Source: Lama glama (taxonomy: Eukaryota). Taken from it: a DNA stretch of 64,000 bases. The notes beneath the pieces were generated by a model, which worked only from the letters and a program-made list of their open reading frames with translations, searched no databases and was not told where the DNA came from. Numbering within the stretch: the stretch's first letter is position 1; every line of letters starts with the position of its first letter. The stretch lies in the NCBI GenBank assembly GCA_028534125.1, contig CM052816.1, forward strand, positions 2,730,001 to 2,794,000. The letters are read 5' to 3'. Shown piece by piece: positions 50,495 to 60,930 of the stretch. A program made the position numbers and the translations under genes.

Positions 50495-50830
50495 TAAATG
50501 GAAGATGTTTTTTCTCCATGTGGTGGTTCAGGACGCAGACATCTTTCGTATTCTAGCTCCACAGCATCCCCAAGGGTCTCAGTGACCTCTGTGTGTAGGC
50601 ACTAGATGGGAGGAAGGTAAGCAGAAAAGGTACACTGACTTCTTGGAAAACCCAAGGAGAAATAGTTTCTCTCACTTTCCACAAAAGAAATGGTCATGTG
50701 GCCACACCTGGATGCAAAGGGTGCTGGGAAATGTAGTCCCTGTCTAGGCAACTGCCTCCCAGAGATAATTGCACACTATGGAAAGAAGATAACACGTTTC
50801 TGTGGACAGCTGTCCATCCTAGCAACTACC
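50495..50830 (-). mobile_element. Old MLT1-type LTR fragment
   Basis: 'ggtcatgtggccacacctggatgcaaagggtgctgggaaatgtagtcc'. Confidence 0.7.
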
Positions 50831-51876
50831 AGCATTAGCCCTCTGCTGGGATTCTGAAGTCAAGCTGGGGAAGGCACCTAATACATGGCCCTAAATAAAA
50901 GCTACTGTTCTGTCAGTGAAAATAGGAATAACATTAATCAAAGTGTCACTGAGCTCAATTCTCCAAACAGGAAAGCAGAGAGGAAACTTGTGGCAAACAT
51001 CTAAGGACAGAATGCCCTTCATAGCCAAGGAGAAAATGTCTCCTTGCCTGTGAGTGAGAGAAAGCTGCCCTGTATGCACTGTTTCCTCTCATACACTCAT
51101 TAACTGGCCCTCCAACTATCCTCATCTCTCAGCACGTTTGCTGATGGTCCCAGCTGTGACCCTTTACCCATTCCCTCTCCACCCTCCATGATCAGCTTCA
51201 AAGCACCAGACCCATTTGACAGCCTGAGTCCAACTGGAGGGGAGAATTTAGGAAGTGTGAAACCAAAGATTCCTTTCACCTCCTTGGCCCTGAAACGCTA
51301 ACATTGTACATGTCAGAACAAGAGGGAGAATTTGAATATTTGTGATTTATGGCTTTTATTTTTGTTTTGGCATCTTCAGCTTCAAACTGAGGTTTTCTCG
51401 ATGGTGAGACCACACAGAACACATGGCTCTGTTGTCAGGATCATGAATTACGGTTGTATTGATGACACTGGAACAGGGTTATATGGATATCTTTCCACAA
51501 ATAAATACAGTGTAAGCCCCATATTTCCTGTTGTTCATTGGAATGGCCTGAATCACTAAAGCAGTAACATTGCCGTGCCAGACAACTCTTCCCTTGTAAT
51601 TCCATTGTTCCTTTACTGCAAGAGAAATTAGATTATCGACAGGTACTGTCCCCTCTGTCATCATGTTAACACTAAAAATTATGTATTAATTCACATCAAG
51701 TTTACATTATGAAAAGTGATCAATGATTCCATTGCTGTTACTCCATAGATAACAGAATCTGTCGCCTAGGGTTGTTGGCAGCTATTAATGAGATAATGTA
51801 TAAAAAGCACTTAGCCACTTAGCACCATCTCTAACACATAGCAAGTACTTAGAAAATATTAGCTTTCATTATTATG

Positions 51877-52360
51877 GTTGGGCTATAGTGGACATCTATT
51901 GCCCTTTTGTATACCAACACTCCAGCTTTGTTTTGAGGAATGTTTCAACCCCAACAGCAACCCATATGGTTGGCAGGAGACCTGGCACTATCTCCAGTCT
52001 CCAAGGGGGAACCCACGATCTAAACCTGACCAAATAGTGACTGACCAGTTCAGGGATGGGCAGGTGACCCAAACCAGGCTACAAAAGCCATCACCAGAGA
52101 TCTGCTGGAACCAATGGTGAAAAAGTGGTTTTGGATTTCTGTCACTCTTCCCAGCTGGTAGAGCACAAGCTGAGAGCAATCAAGGGACACCCTGTGGAGA
52201 GGGTGTACAAGCAGGTAAAGTCAAGAAGGGAAGGAAGAGCTAAGAGATGGAAAGAGAGAGGAAGACATCAGGATAATATTTAGAACTCCAAAAATTTCCC
52301 CTTTTCTCTAGATCTTATTTGAGTGGGATTCTGTCACTTGCAACACAAAAAAGGTAACAA
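51877..52360 (+). mobile_element. LTR16-like ERVL LTR
   Basis: 'accagttcagggatgggcaggtgacccaaaccagg' and the 3' end 'tttgagtgggattctgtcacttgcaacacaaa'. Confidence 0.65.
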
Positions 52361-52487
52361 CGAGAGCTGTCAGGAGAATGTGACAATCACAGGACAGCTT
52401 TTATCCATGAGAGCACATAAATAGTAGTTGAAACATAAAAATGTACATTGTTTTAAAGTTTCAGAGGACTTTCATATGTTACCGCCT

Positions 52488-52845
52488 ATATATTAGGTTA
52501 TTAACACAAGCTGCTATAATAGAAGAACCCTAAAAGCATAGCACAGAAAGGTTTCTCGTTCACATCACAGTCCACAGGACTTAGGTAGTCCTCTTCTACC
52601 TCGTTGCTACACATCCTGGAACACGTGGTCCCTGTGGCTGGGAAAGAGATGGCTGGAGGATCACACGTGAGGATATAAAGGCCCAGTCCTGGAAATAGCG
52701 TACATCACTTCTGCCCACATTCTGTTGGCCAGACTCAGTCACATGGCCCCAACTTACCTGCGAGGGAGGCTGGGAAATGCAATCTTCCCGTATGCTCACA
52801 AACAGGAAACAGCATAGCAAGAGTGACACTATCTTTGCCACATCT
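52488..52845 (-). mobile_element. Old MLT1-type LTR
   Basis: 'tacatcacttctgcccacattctgttggccagactcagtcacatggccccaacttacctgcgagggaggctgggaaatg...atctttgccaca'. Confidence 0.75.
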
Positions 52846-53224
52846 CCTTTTATTTGTTGCATCCAGCCCTCCTACCAGGTAGGCAGGAGCCCAGGGGTCT
52901 GGACTCAAGTTGGACTGATGGGTCTCAGGAGTCTATCTGGGGTATAAGGTCAGGAGTTGACTACAGAACATGAAACTTCAGTGCGTGTTCTCAGAGGCAA
53001 CAGCCAAGAGTAAAACTCAACCTAGCTCACCAATATAAAGAAGTCAGAGAGGGCGAGAGAAATCAAGTACAAGTTCACAAGATGGATCCACAGAAAGCAG
53101 GTCCTGATCAGGGGACACAAAGTGGAGGTTTGGAGGTATAGCCTGTCGGAAGCCCTCAACTATGAAAATAGAGCTACGTTCTCATTTTGTAGAATGCTAG
53201 CTGCCTCCACAGTGCAGAAAGGCA

Positions 53225-53354
53225 GGGATACTCATAATACTCCCCAGACAAAGGCAAGACAGACATTCTTAACCCCGTTTCATGGTGAGGCTCTGAGAGG
53301 TGAGGGATTTGCCCAAGGTCATACAGCTGGTAAAAAGTAAAAATCAGATTGAAC
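53225..53354 (-). mobile_element. MIR SINE interrupted by an L1 (continues ~53882-53940)
   Basis: 'gtgaggctctgagaggtgagggatttgcccaaggtcatacagctggtaaa...gattgaac'. Confidence 0.75.
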
Positions 53355-53881
53355 CTGGGATAAAGAAGTTGTGGTATATTTATACAATGGAATACTACTC
53401 AGCCATAAGAAATAATAAAATAATGCCACTTGTGGCAACATGGATGGACCTGGAGAATGTCATTCTAAGTGAAGTAAGCCAGAAAGAGAAAGGAAAATAC
53501 CATATGACATCACTTATACATGGAATCTAAAAAAACAAAACAAAACAAAAACTAAATGAATTTGTTTACAAAACCAGAAACAGACTCACAGGCACAGAAA
53601 ATAAACTTATGGTTACCAGGGGGAAAGGGGGTGGAAAGGGATAAACTGGGAGTTTGAGATTTGCAGATACTAATTACTATATATAAAATAGATAAACAAC
53701 AAGTTCTTACTGTATAACACAGGGAACTATATTCAATATCTTGTAGTAACTTATGGTGAAAAGAATATGAAATGAATATATGTATATTCATGCATGACTG
53801 AAGCATTATGCTGTACACCAGAAACTGACACATTGTAAACTGACTATACTTCAATAAAAATTATATAGATACAAAAAAAAT
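53355..53881 (+). mobile_element. 5'-truncated L1 (ORF2 end plus 3'UTR)
   Basis: Encodes IKKLWYIYTMEYYSAI...ILSEVSQKEK; AATAAA plus A-tail; TSD core gattgaac (53347-53354 / 53882-53889). Confidence 0.95.
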
Positions 53882-54039
53882 GATTGAACTTAAGCCTTCT
53901 GTCATTCAATACATGGTGCAGGAGTTGGACTATTAAACCTGCCTTCAGCAGATGCATGTGCCTGTTAATAAGCTGAAAAGGAGACAACTGATCCAAGATG
54001 TTCAGGTTTCTACTTAGCCAGGAATGCAGTCACAGAATC

Positions 54040-54318
54040 TGGTATTTGAGCCTTCACTGTCCCTGAGCCCTGGGGGCTGAGCTGGGTATCTTACTCCTGT
54101 GTCCTCGCTGCCCTTGTACACCCCTCTGTTAGCACTTGTCACAGTGTGCTGCAAAGCCTCATTCACCTGTCTGCACCACCACCCCCAATCTGTGAATTCA
54201 GTGAGGACCGAATCTATGCCTGTCTGCAACTCACTGTTGCCCCCCTAAGACCTAGCACAGGGCCTGGCACACAGTAGGGGCTCAATAATTATTTATTGAA
54301 TTAATGAATGAGTGGATG
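54040..54318 (+). mobile_element. L2 LINE 3' end
   Basis: 'acctagcacagggcctggcacacagtaggggctcaataattatttattgaattaatgaatgagtgg'. Confidence 0.85.
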
Positions 54319-55782
54319 ATCAAATAGCACGTCTTACACTGTACTAAAATTTCCAACTGTACTAGAATTCTTCGGCTCTCTCCCTAGGTTTTAATTACCA
54401 TGAGGGCAGGCACTCTAAGTGCCAGCATCTCCACGCAGAGTCTTTACTGCACAGTATCTGGCACAGGGAAGACACTGGACATGTGTATGTGTATGGAATC
54501 CATAAATGAGAAAAAAATAGAGCAATTTTTGTAGCAATTTCTACAGCCAAATTTTATACTTAGAGTAAGCTTTCAAAAGTCAGGACTTCTCATATCATCT
54601 TACTTCTTTAAACTCTTCAACAGAAACTTCTTTTACTTTTTAATGTCCAGATAAAACTCCTTAAAATTACCTCCAGAGCCCTGCCTGGGGCACTGACCAG
54701 GGAAGGCCAACATTTGGGAGTCACAAACCCTTGAGAGTCTGATGAGAAGCCATGGCCCCCTTTCCCGAGAAAATAACAGTCATATGTTTGTTTATGAGGA
54801 CAAACTTTTGCATGCAGTTTTACGAGGTTGATGGAGTCTCTGATGTCTAATCCTGGGCCCTCCTGGGACCTATAACCCCAGGTTGGAGGTATCTCAGCAG
54901 CCCACTTAACCTGCCCTCGGTGAGTGAGTGAGGAGAGAGGTCAGTTCTGCCAAGGGCCTCTCTGCAGTTCCTCCAATACAAGGAAGTGCACCCCCACCTG
55001 AGTGCCAGCTCTCTGTTAGTTAGCAATTCAGAATGACTTTTTAGAGCAATCCCTCAGTCTCCCAAGATACTTGTCTGACAACCCCTTCATCTTGGCAAGA
55101 GCTGCATTAAACCAACCTGTCATCATTCTCGCCACACACTGTAGCAGCTCAGAGCAAGATACACACTCACTCAGAAGCAGACTCTCCAACCCATTATGAA
55201 GAAATTAGAATTTGGGGGACCCGTGGATCCACAACAGGCTCTCAGGAACAGACAGACAGGACATGCCAAGAGGCACGGGGCCAAATTCAGGCTTGAGGTG
55301 AACTGCTTCCATCCTAGGGGCTGTCAGGAGTTGTCAAAAGGAATGTTTAAACAATCACTACTCTCAAAACCCAGGTCTATGCCCTGCTGGATTAAAACAA
55401 AGGAATGAAGCCATGAAATAAAAAGGTGTCGGGGAAATTTGCTGAGAATGGGATTTATTTTGACAAATTCAAAGCACCTTGGTTCTGGAGAAACTGTTTT
55501 ATCAGTTACTTTTGTGATCTGTGAAATTCTAGACGTTTTCAAAAGAAAAAGCGAAATTATATCCACCTGACACCCCAAAATATTTTGGAAACTTAAAGGA
55601 AAGAAAAACAACAGCAATAATAGAAAGTTATGATCGGTCAAATCCCTCTTCTAGTTTAACCTTTTATCAAATCCATAGTTTATCAGATAATTATTGTGAT
55701 AGTTGTGAACTATCATTTTCTGATCCTTTATTATATGTTAAGCACTTCCAAACTCTTTTTCCAAATATTTATGGAGAATCAA

Positions 55783-56375
55783 TTATGGTAGATTTACTGC
55801 AAAAATGGGCCCCAAATCGTCACTCCTCCTGCCTTGGGCAAAATTACCTGACCTTGACTCTGGGCTTTGCTAGGTCACTTGCTTAGGCCAGTAGGATATT
55901 AGCAGATGTGAAATAAAGAGAGACTTGAAAAAGATTTCTGCATTTCTGCCTGCATTCTGGTACCTCTGCCATTACCATAGTAATATGCTTGAGCTAGCAT
56001 TCTGCAGAGGGAGAGAGATGTAGAGCAGAACCAAGTTGCCCCAGGAACCCTAGACAATGAGCAAGCCCAGACAAGACCAACAGACCTACCTAGCCAACAT
56101 CCAACTGACTTTTTTTTTTTTTCTTATTTGGAGGTACGGAGAGGGGAGGTAATTAGGTTTATTTATTTCCTTATTTATTTTAAAGGAGGTACTGAGGATT
56201 GAACACAGGACTTCGTGCATGCTAAGCATGCACTCTACCACTTGAGCTATGCCCTCCCCCAGCAACTGACTCTTGACATGTGAACAATGAATTCACACTT
56301 GACTGCTTATTACTTATACCATAAAAGTTTTGTGGATAGTTGTTACCCAGCGTTATGGCGACAGATAGCTGATAC
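55783..56375 (+). mobile_element. MLT1-type LTR carrying a SINE insertion
   Basis: 'tatggtagatttactgcaaaaatggg...ggtcacttgcttaggccagtaggatattagcagatgtga...gttgttacccagcgttatggcgacagatagctgataca'. Confidence 0.75.
56111..56260 (-). mobile_element. tRNA-Ala(AGC)-derived SINE, camelid Vic-1 type
   Basis: Minus strand reads gggggagggcatagctcaagtggtagagtgcatgcttagcatgcacgaagtcctgtgttcaatcctcagtacctcc...ataaacctaattacctcccc...poly-A, with A box, B box and AGC anticodon loop; TSD core caactgact (56102-56110 / 56263-56271). Confidence 0.9.
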
Positions 56376-57071
56376 ACTGACCATGTGCCAAGCACTAATC
56401 TAAAACATGGTATATAACAAAACACAAAGTGGGCAAGACCCTTCCTCTTGCATTCCGAATTATGTTACCTAATTCAAAACAACTTTATAAAGTAAGCCAT
56501 ATTCCCATTTACACACAAGGAGAGTGAGGCACAGAATCATTGCATTACTTGCCCAAGGCATTAAAGTCATCAAATAGAGTCAGCATTCCATTTCAGGCTC
56601 TATGATGTGGTGAATAAGATGAATAATAATCTGAAAGATAAGAATAATAATGCATGCCACAAGAATTATTGTGAGGATCAAATGAGATCATGCATATCAA
56701 AGCACTTAGCAGAGGGCTATGTACGTGGGGAACTCGCAACACTTTTGCTGTGGATAATGTACTTCTGCTATCAGTACTATCATGGCTGTTGTTGTGATGC
56801 TGTCTGAACCCAGAGCCTGACTATTTAACCAGTACTTGATTATTGAATTGCCTCTGGTCTAGTTTCCTGTCCTTTCTACCTGAACAGTGTGTAGATGAAA
56901 CGAATGGATAAGCATGCTAAATGTCACTCCTTCTTTTCACAGGGAAATGATCAACTTTAATAACCTTTATTCTTCTGAACCCAGAGCAGGTATACGCTAT
57001 TTCTGATAGATTCACAACTGAGGGGTTATTACATACTTAGGGTAGAAGCAGACGTGTCTAAAGAGAAGAAT

Positions 57072-57216
57072 CAGCTACATAAATTTCAGGGCACAGTGCA
57101 AAATAAAAATACAGTGCCCCTTATACAAATATTATTAAGAATTTACATCAGAGTTATAGTGATATCAGAGCATTGGACCAAGCATGGGGTCCTTCTAAGT
57201 TAGGACCTTCTTCATG
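57072..57216 (-). mobile_element. MER45A-like hAT-Tip100 MITE
   Basis: 'gctacataaatttcagggcacagtgcaaaataaaaatacagtgcccctt...attattaagaattt...agagcattggaccaagcatggggtccttctaagt'. Confidence 0.7.
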
Positions 57217-57819
57217 GGATTATTTTGAAGAATAAATGAGAAGAGCATTTCCAGTCTTTAAAGCAACGTCTGAAAAAGAGTAAATAACAGTAGTGGTATA
57301 AGCTGTCATTGTTATTGTTATGCGTTTGTTGAAGTAATAAAGGGAATCCTGCTAATGTGTACCGCTTTAACCTTTTCAGAACTCTTGGAAGGCCATTTGT
57401 CACGTGGTTTTTGCAAACAGTTAATGAGAAGCAAGCAGAGCGATGCCTTCTCTGTCCCACAGCTAAAGAAATAGAAGCTCACAGAGTGTTTGGGACATTT
57501 TAGAGGCTACACACTGGGAACGATTGAAGTCAGCCTGGAATCTGGGATTCTCCCAGCGCTGCAGTCTCTCCTCAAGGTCCTCCTGGCTCCCAGCTACATC
57601 TGGCTCTGACAGAACTGCCACGTGGTCAGCATTTACTTATTTGCCATAGTCAGGACCCAGCTCTCAGGCCGAGGTTAAGGATTTTCTTTGCAAAGAGATG
57701 AACACCAGAAGATCCCCCTTCATCCCCTGGAGTCACTTACCACCCTATGACTCATAATGTAACCATGTCTTCTCAGCAAACCATAGGCTACCCAAGAAGG
57801 AGGGGACGGGGAGAATCAT

Positions 57820-57910
57820 CCAGTGGATGATTAGCATGCAGGCCCTGGAGTGAGACGTGGGAATTTGAATCCTGGCTCTGCCACTTAATAGCCTGGGCAA
57901 GGTCTTAACC
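57820..57910 (+). mobile_element. MIR SINE 5' part, split by MER20 and resuming at 58165-58183 into the gap
   Basis: 'ggccctggagtgagac...tttgaatcctggctctgccacttaatagcctgggcaaggtcttaacc'. Confidence 0.8.
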
Positions 57911-58164
57911 CAGATGGCCTCAGTAATGACATGTCAGGCAATACTGACTGGGTAATACTGACATTTGGGGGTGGACAGTTCTTTGCTATGGGAAGATGGC
58001 CTGTGCACTGTAAGGTGTTTGGCACCAACCCTAGCCTCTGCCCACTCGATGCCAGTGGCAAACCAACCCCCAACCCCAGTCGTGACAACCAAAAATGTGT
58101 CTAGACTGCTAATTGTCTTCTTTGGGAGATGGGGAACAAAATCACCCCCAGTTGAGAACCACTG
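57911..58164 (+). mobile_element. MER20-like hAT MITE
   Basis: CAG...CTG termini; 'ctgacatttgggggtggac...gtgacaaccaaaaatgtgtctaga...aaaatcacccccagttgagaaccactg'; 8-bp TSD tcttaacc / acttaacc (57903-57910 / 58165-58172). Confidence 0.9.
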
Positions 58165-58183
58165 ACTTAACCTCTCTCTAAGC

Positions 58184-58683
58184 NNNNNNNNNNNNNNNNN
58201 NNNNNNNNNNNNNNNNNNNNNNNNNNNNNNNNNNNNNNNNNNNNNNNNNNNNNNNNNNNNNNNNNNNNNNNNNNNNNNNNNNNNNNNNNNNNNNNNNNNN
58301 NNNNNNNNNNNNNNNNNNNNNNNNNNNNNNNNNNNNNNNNNNNNNNNNNNNNNNNNNNNNNNNNNNNNNNNNNNNNNNNNNNNNNNNNNNNNNNNNNNNN
58401 NNNNNNNNNNNNNNNNNNNNNNNNNNNNNNNNNNNNNNNNNNNNNNNNNNNNNNNNNNNNNNNNNNNNNNNNNNNNNNNNNNNNNNNNNNNNNNNNNNNN
58501 NNNNNNNNNNNNNNNNNNNNNNNNNNNNNNNNNNNNNNNNNNNNNNNNNNNNNNNNNNNNNNNNNNNNNNNNNNNNNNNNNNNNNNNNNNNNNNNNNNNN
58601 NNNNNNNNNNNNNNNNNNNNNNNNNNNNNNNNNNNNNNNNNNNNNNNNNNNNNNNNNNNNNNNNNNNNNNNNNNNNNNNNNNN
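58184..58683. other. Assembly gap (exactly 500 N)
   Basis: Run of N; the round length suggests a placeholder. Confidence 0.99.
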
Positions 58684-58699
58684 TTTTTTTTTTTTCTCA

Positions 58700-59860
58700 T
58701 GCTCTCGCCAAACGATTCAAGTGGATTAAAATATGTGTGTATATATTTATGCGGACAAGAAAGAGGAAAAGCGTAACTTCTAGTCGGAGCCTAAATTTCC
58801 TGCCTCCAAAGCCCAGCTGGATAGCAGGAGTTCTAACAGAAAACAGCCGCGCCGTTAGCCGGAGTTCTGTAGCTGTCTGCAGCAAACTGCTTGCGCCGGT
58901 GGCTCCGTAGGTGGTCTCCCAGTTCATCAGTTCATAAATAAGTAATTTGAAATGTGTTCCTGAGGGAAATTTTCCTCCTGCTCTCCCCAACAGACCGTAC
59001 TCATCAGTTTTCCCGTTCTCCAGGTAGCTGCCGTCCTCATTTATAATGGCCAGAGGAACTACGCTGCTCTAATTCCTGCTTCATTACATTATCTAATGCA
59101 AGTTTTCACCAGCTTCTCAACTCCACATTTCTTTATATTGATAAGGGAAAAAAAAGTCGCATATATTATTTGTTGGCACTTTGGAAGGTAGCTTTTGCTA
59201 CCGGCTTAAGTGGAATATTTTTATATACAAAGCAAGATGGACAAGCTGAGCTCTGAACAGGGGTTTGGAAGTGCTGATCCGCTCTCAAGAGGCACACACA
59301 TGTGCACTGGGTGGGAGGGTCCACGCCGCACACAAACCACACACTCCAAACACACGGCCAAGCCATCTTTGACTCCTTGTCCCTTGGTTCCTACCCTCCC
59401 CGCACATTCAGACTGGTGCATACTTTGTACACAACTTGATGTATTGTCCCAACGCTGTATTTTTCCACTCGAGAAAATGCACAACCAGATCAAAAGCACC
59501 TGGTGACTTAGGAGAACCAGGGTCCCCCACTGGCGAAGCTAATGGAGTCACTAATTTGCCTGGCCAATAAAACCAATGATTTCGATACTAAAAGCCTTTG
59601 AGTGAAGCCTCCGGGGCTTGCTCCAGGGGTAATGGAGGGGGCTAGTTTCCTCTTAGCCAATAACCTAATTATTTTTTTAAAGCACTAACTGTAGCTTTCA
59701 TTATAATAATGCATATAATTGATTTTACTGATGATGTCTTTCATGGCATCTATCCGTCACTGGGAACTATATTTACTTCTTTTTGTTGCTTTTATGATTG
59801 TTTAGCTTTGGGGTCTCATAATAGGTAATTAATAAAATATGTTAATCTGAGAGTAACTTA
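58700..59860. promoter_or_regulatory. Candidate conserved non-coding element / enhancer
   Basis: >1 kb with no recognisable repeat, retained CpGs at 58840-58910 and dense homeodomain-type motifs; conservation not tested. Confidence 0.4.
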
Positions 59861-60479
59861 CCTAATGAGATCCCCAGGAATGCTCTGCTCTCCTGATAGA
59901 GGAATTCCTCCAAAGGCTTTTGTGGAAGAAAAAGCTTTCCTGTGAAATCTTGGCACAATCTGAAACCTAAATTCGGATGTGCTTGTTTGTTTTCCTAGCC
60001 TCTGAAGAGCCAGAGAATGCCGCGAAAAGGATTTAAAAGTGAATGTCAAAGACTGTCAAGTTTCAGAGAAAACTGTCCCCTCCTCCGGCCTGGCGGTATA
60101 ATCAACACCCTCACCCCTGGGAGACCATCCTGTTAGCCATCAGTGAAGCTGGCCCTCCAGCTACTGGAGGGAGACTCTGTAAGAAAGAGGCTATTCTTTA
60201 GAAGAAGAGCTAGATTACTGTGATGCAAGGAAAGCTAAGCCACAAGGGCGAGATACAGGAAAGAAAGAAAATAAAAGGAGCTAAACAAGGACAAGCTTTA
60301 GACTCCAGGCGACTGTCAGCACAGAACACGCCATCTGGTAGGAGAGGAAGACAAACTCTAGACTGGAGGTCTCCCCTGTGCAGGAGGAACTCACTTGGGT
60401 TTGTGAAAGGGGCCAGTGTGTTGAGTGGAAAGGGCTCAGTCCCTGGGATGCTTGTCTGAAAGGACTAAGGATGCCTGCA

Positions 60480-60705
60480 GCACAGAGTGGCGCTTCAAAC
60501 TGGGTGTCTGGAAGCAGACGGATCTGGCTCATGTGCAGTCCTGCACCTAGGACTTGGTGGCCTTAATCATGTTGCTTCTTCTCTCCTCGTCACATGACCT
60601 CTCATCTTTAAGATGGGGAGGGGACAACAGTTCTACCTCATCGGATCCATGAGAAGATGGATGGAAACATGCCTGTAACGAAGGCACAAAGAGCTTGGTA
60701 TTCAC
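60480..60705 (+). mobile_element. MIR SINE (tail resumes ~60931-60970 after MER20)
   Basis: 'gcacagagtgg...ggtgtctggaagcagac...ctcatctttaagatggggaggggacaacagttctacctcat'. Confidence 0.55.
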
Positions 60706-60930
60706 CAGGGCTTCTCAGCCTCAGTATGATTGACGTTTGGGGGCCAGTAATTTCTTTTTGGGGTGGGGGAGGTGTCTGCATAGTATTCTGTTTAGCAGCA
60801 CCTCTGCTTCTAGCCATTGGGTGCCGACAGCACTCCTCCCCTCCCAGTTGTGACGATCAAAATTTACTCCAGACATTTTCAAATACCCTTTGGAAGGGGA
60901 GGGTAAAACCACCAGCCCTGAGAGCCACTG
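60706..60930 (+). mobile_element. MER20-like hAT MITE
   Basis: 'cagggcttctcagcctcagtatgattgacgtttgggggcc...cccagttgtgacgatcaaaatttactccagacatt...tgagagccactg'. Confidence 0.85.

Noticed and set aside
56185..56260. tRNA-Ala gene
   Set aside because: It carries a SINE-specific AT-rich tail, poly-A and a TSD, and the acceptor stem is imperfect; it is a SINE head.
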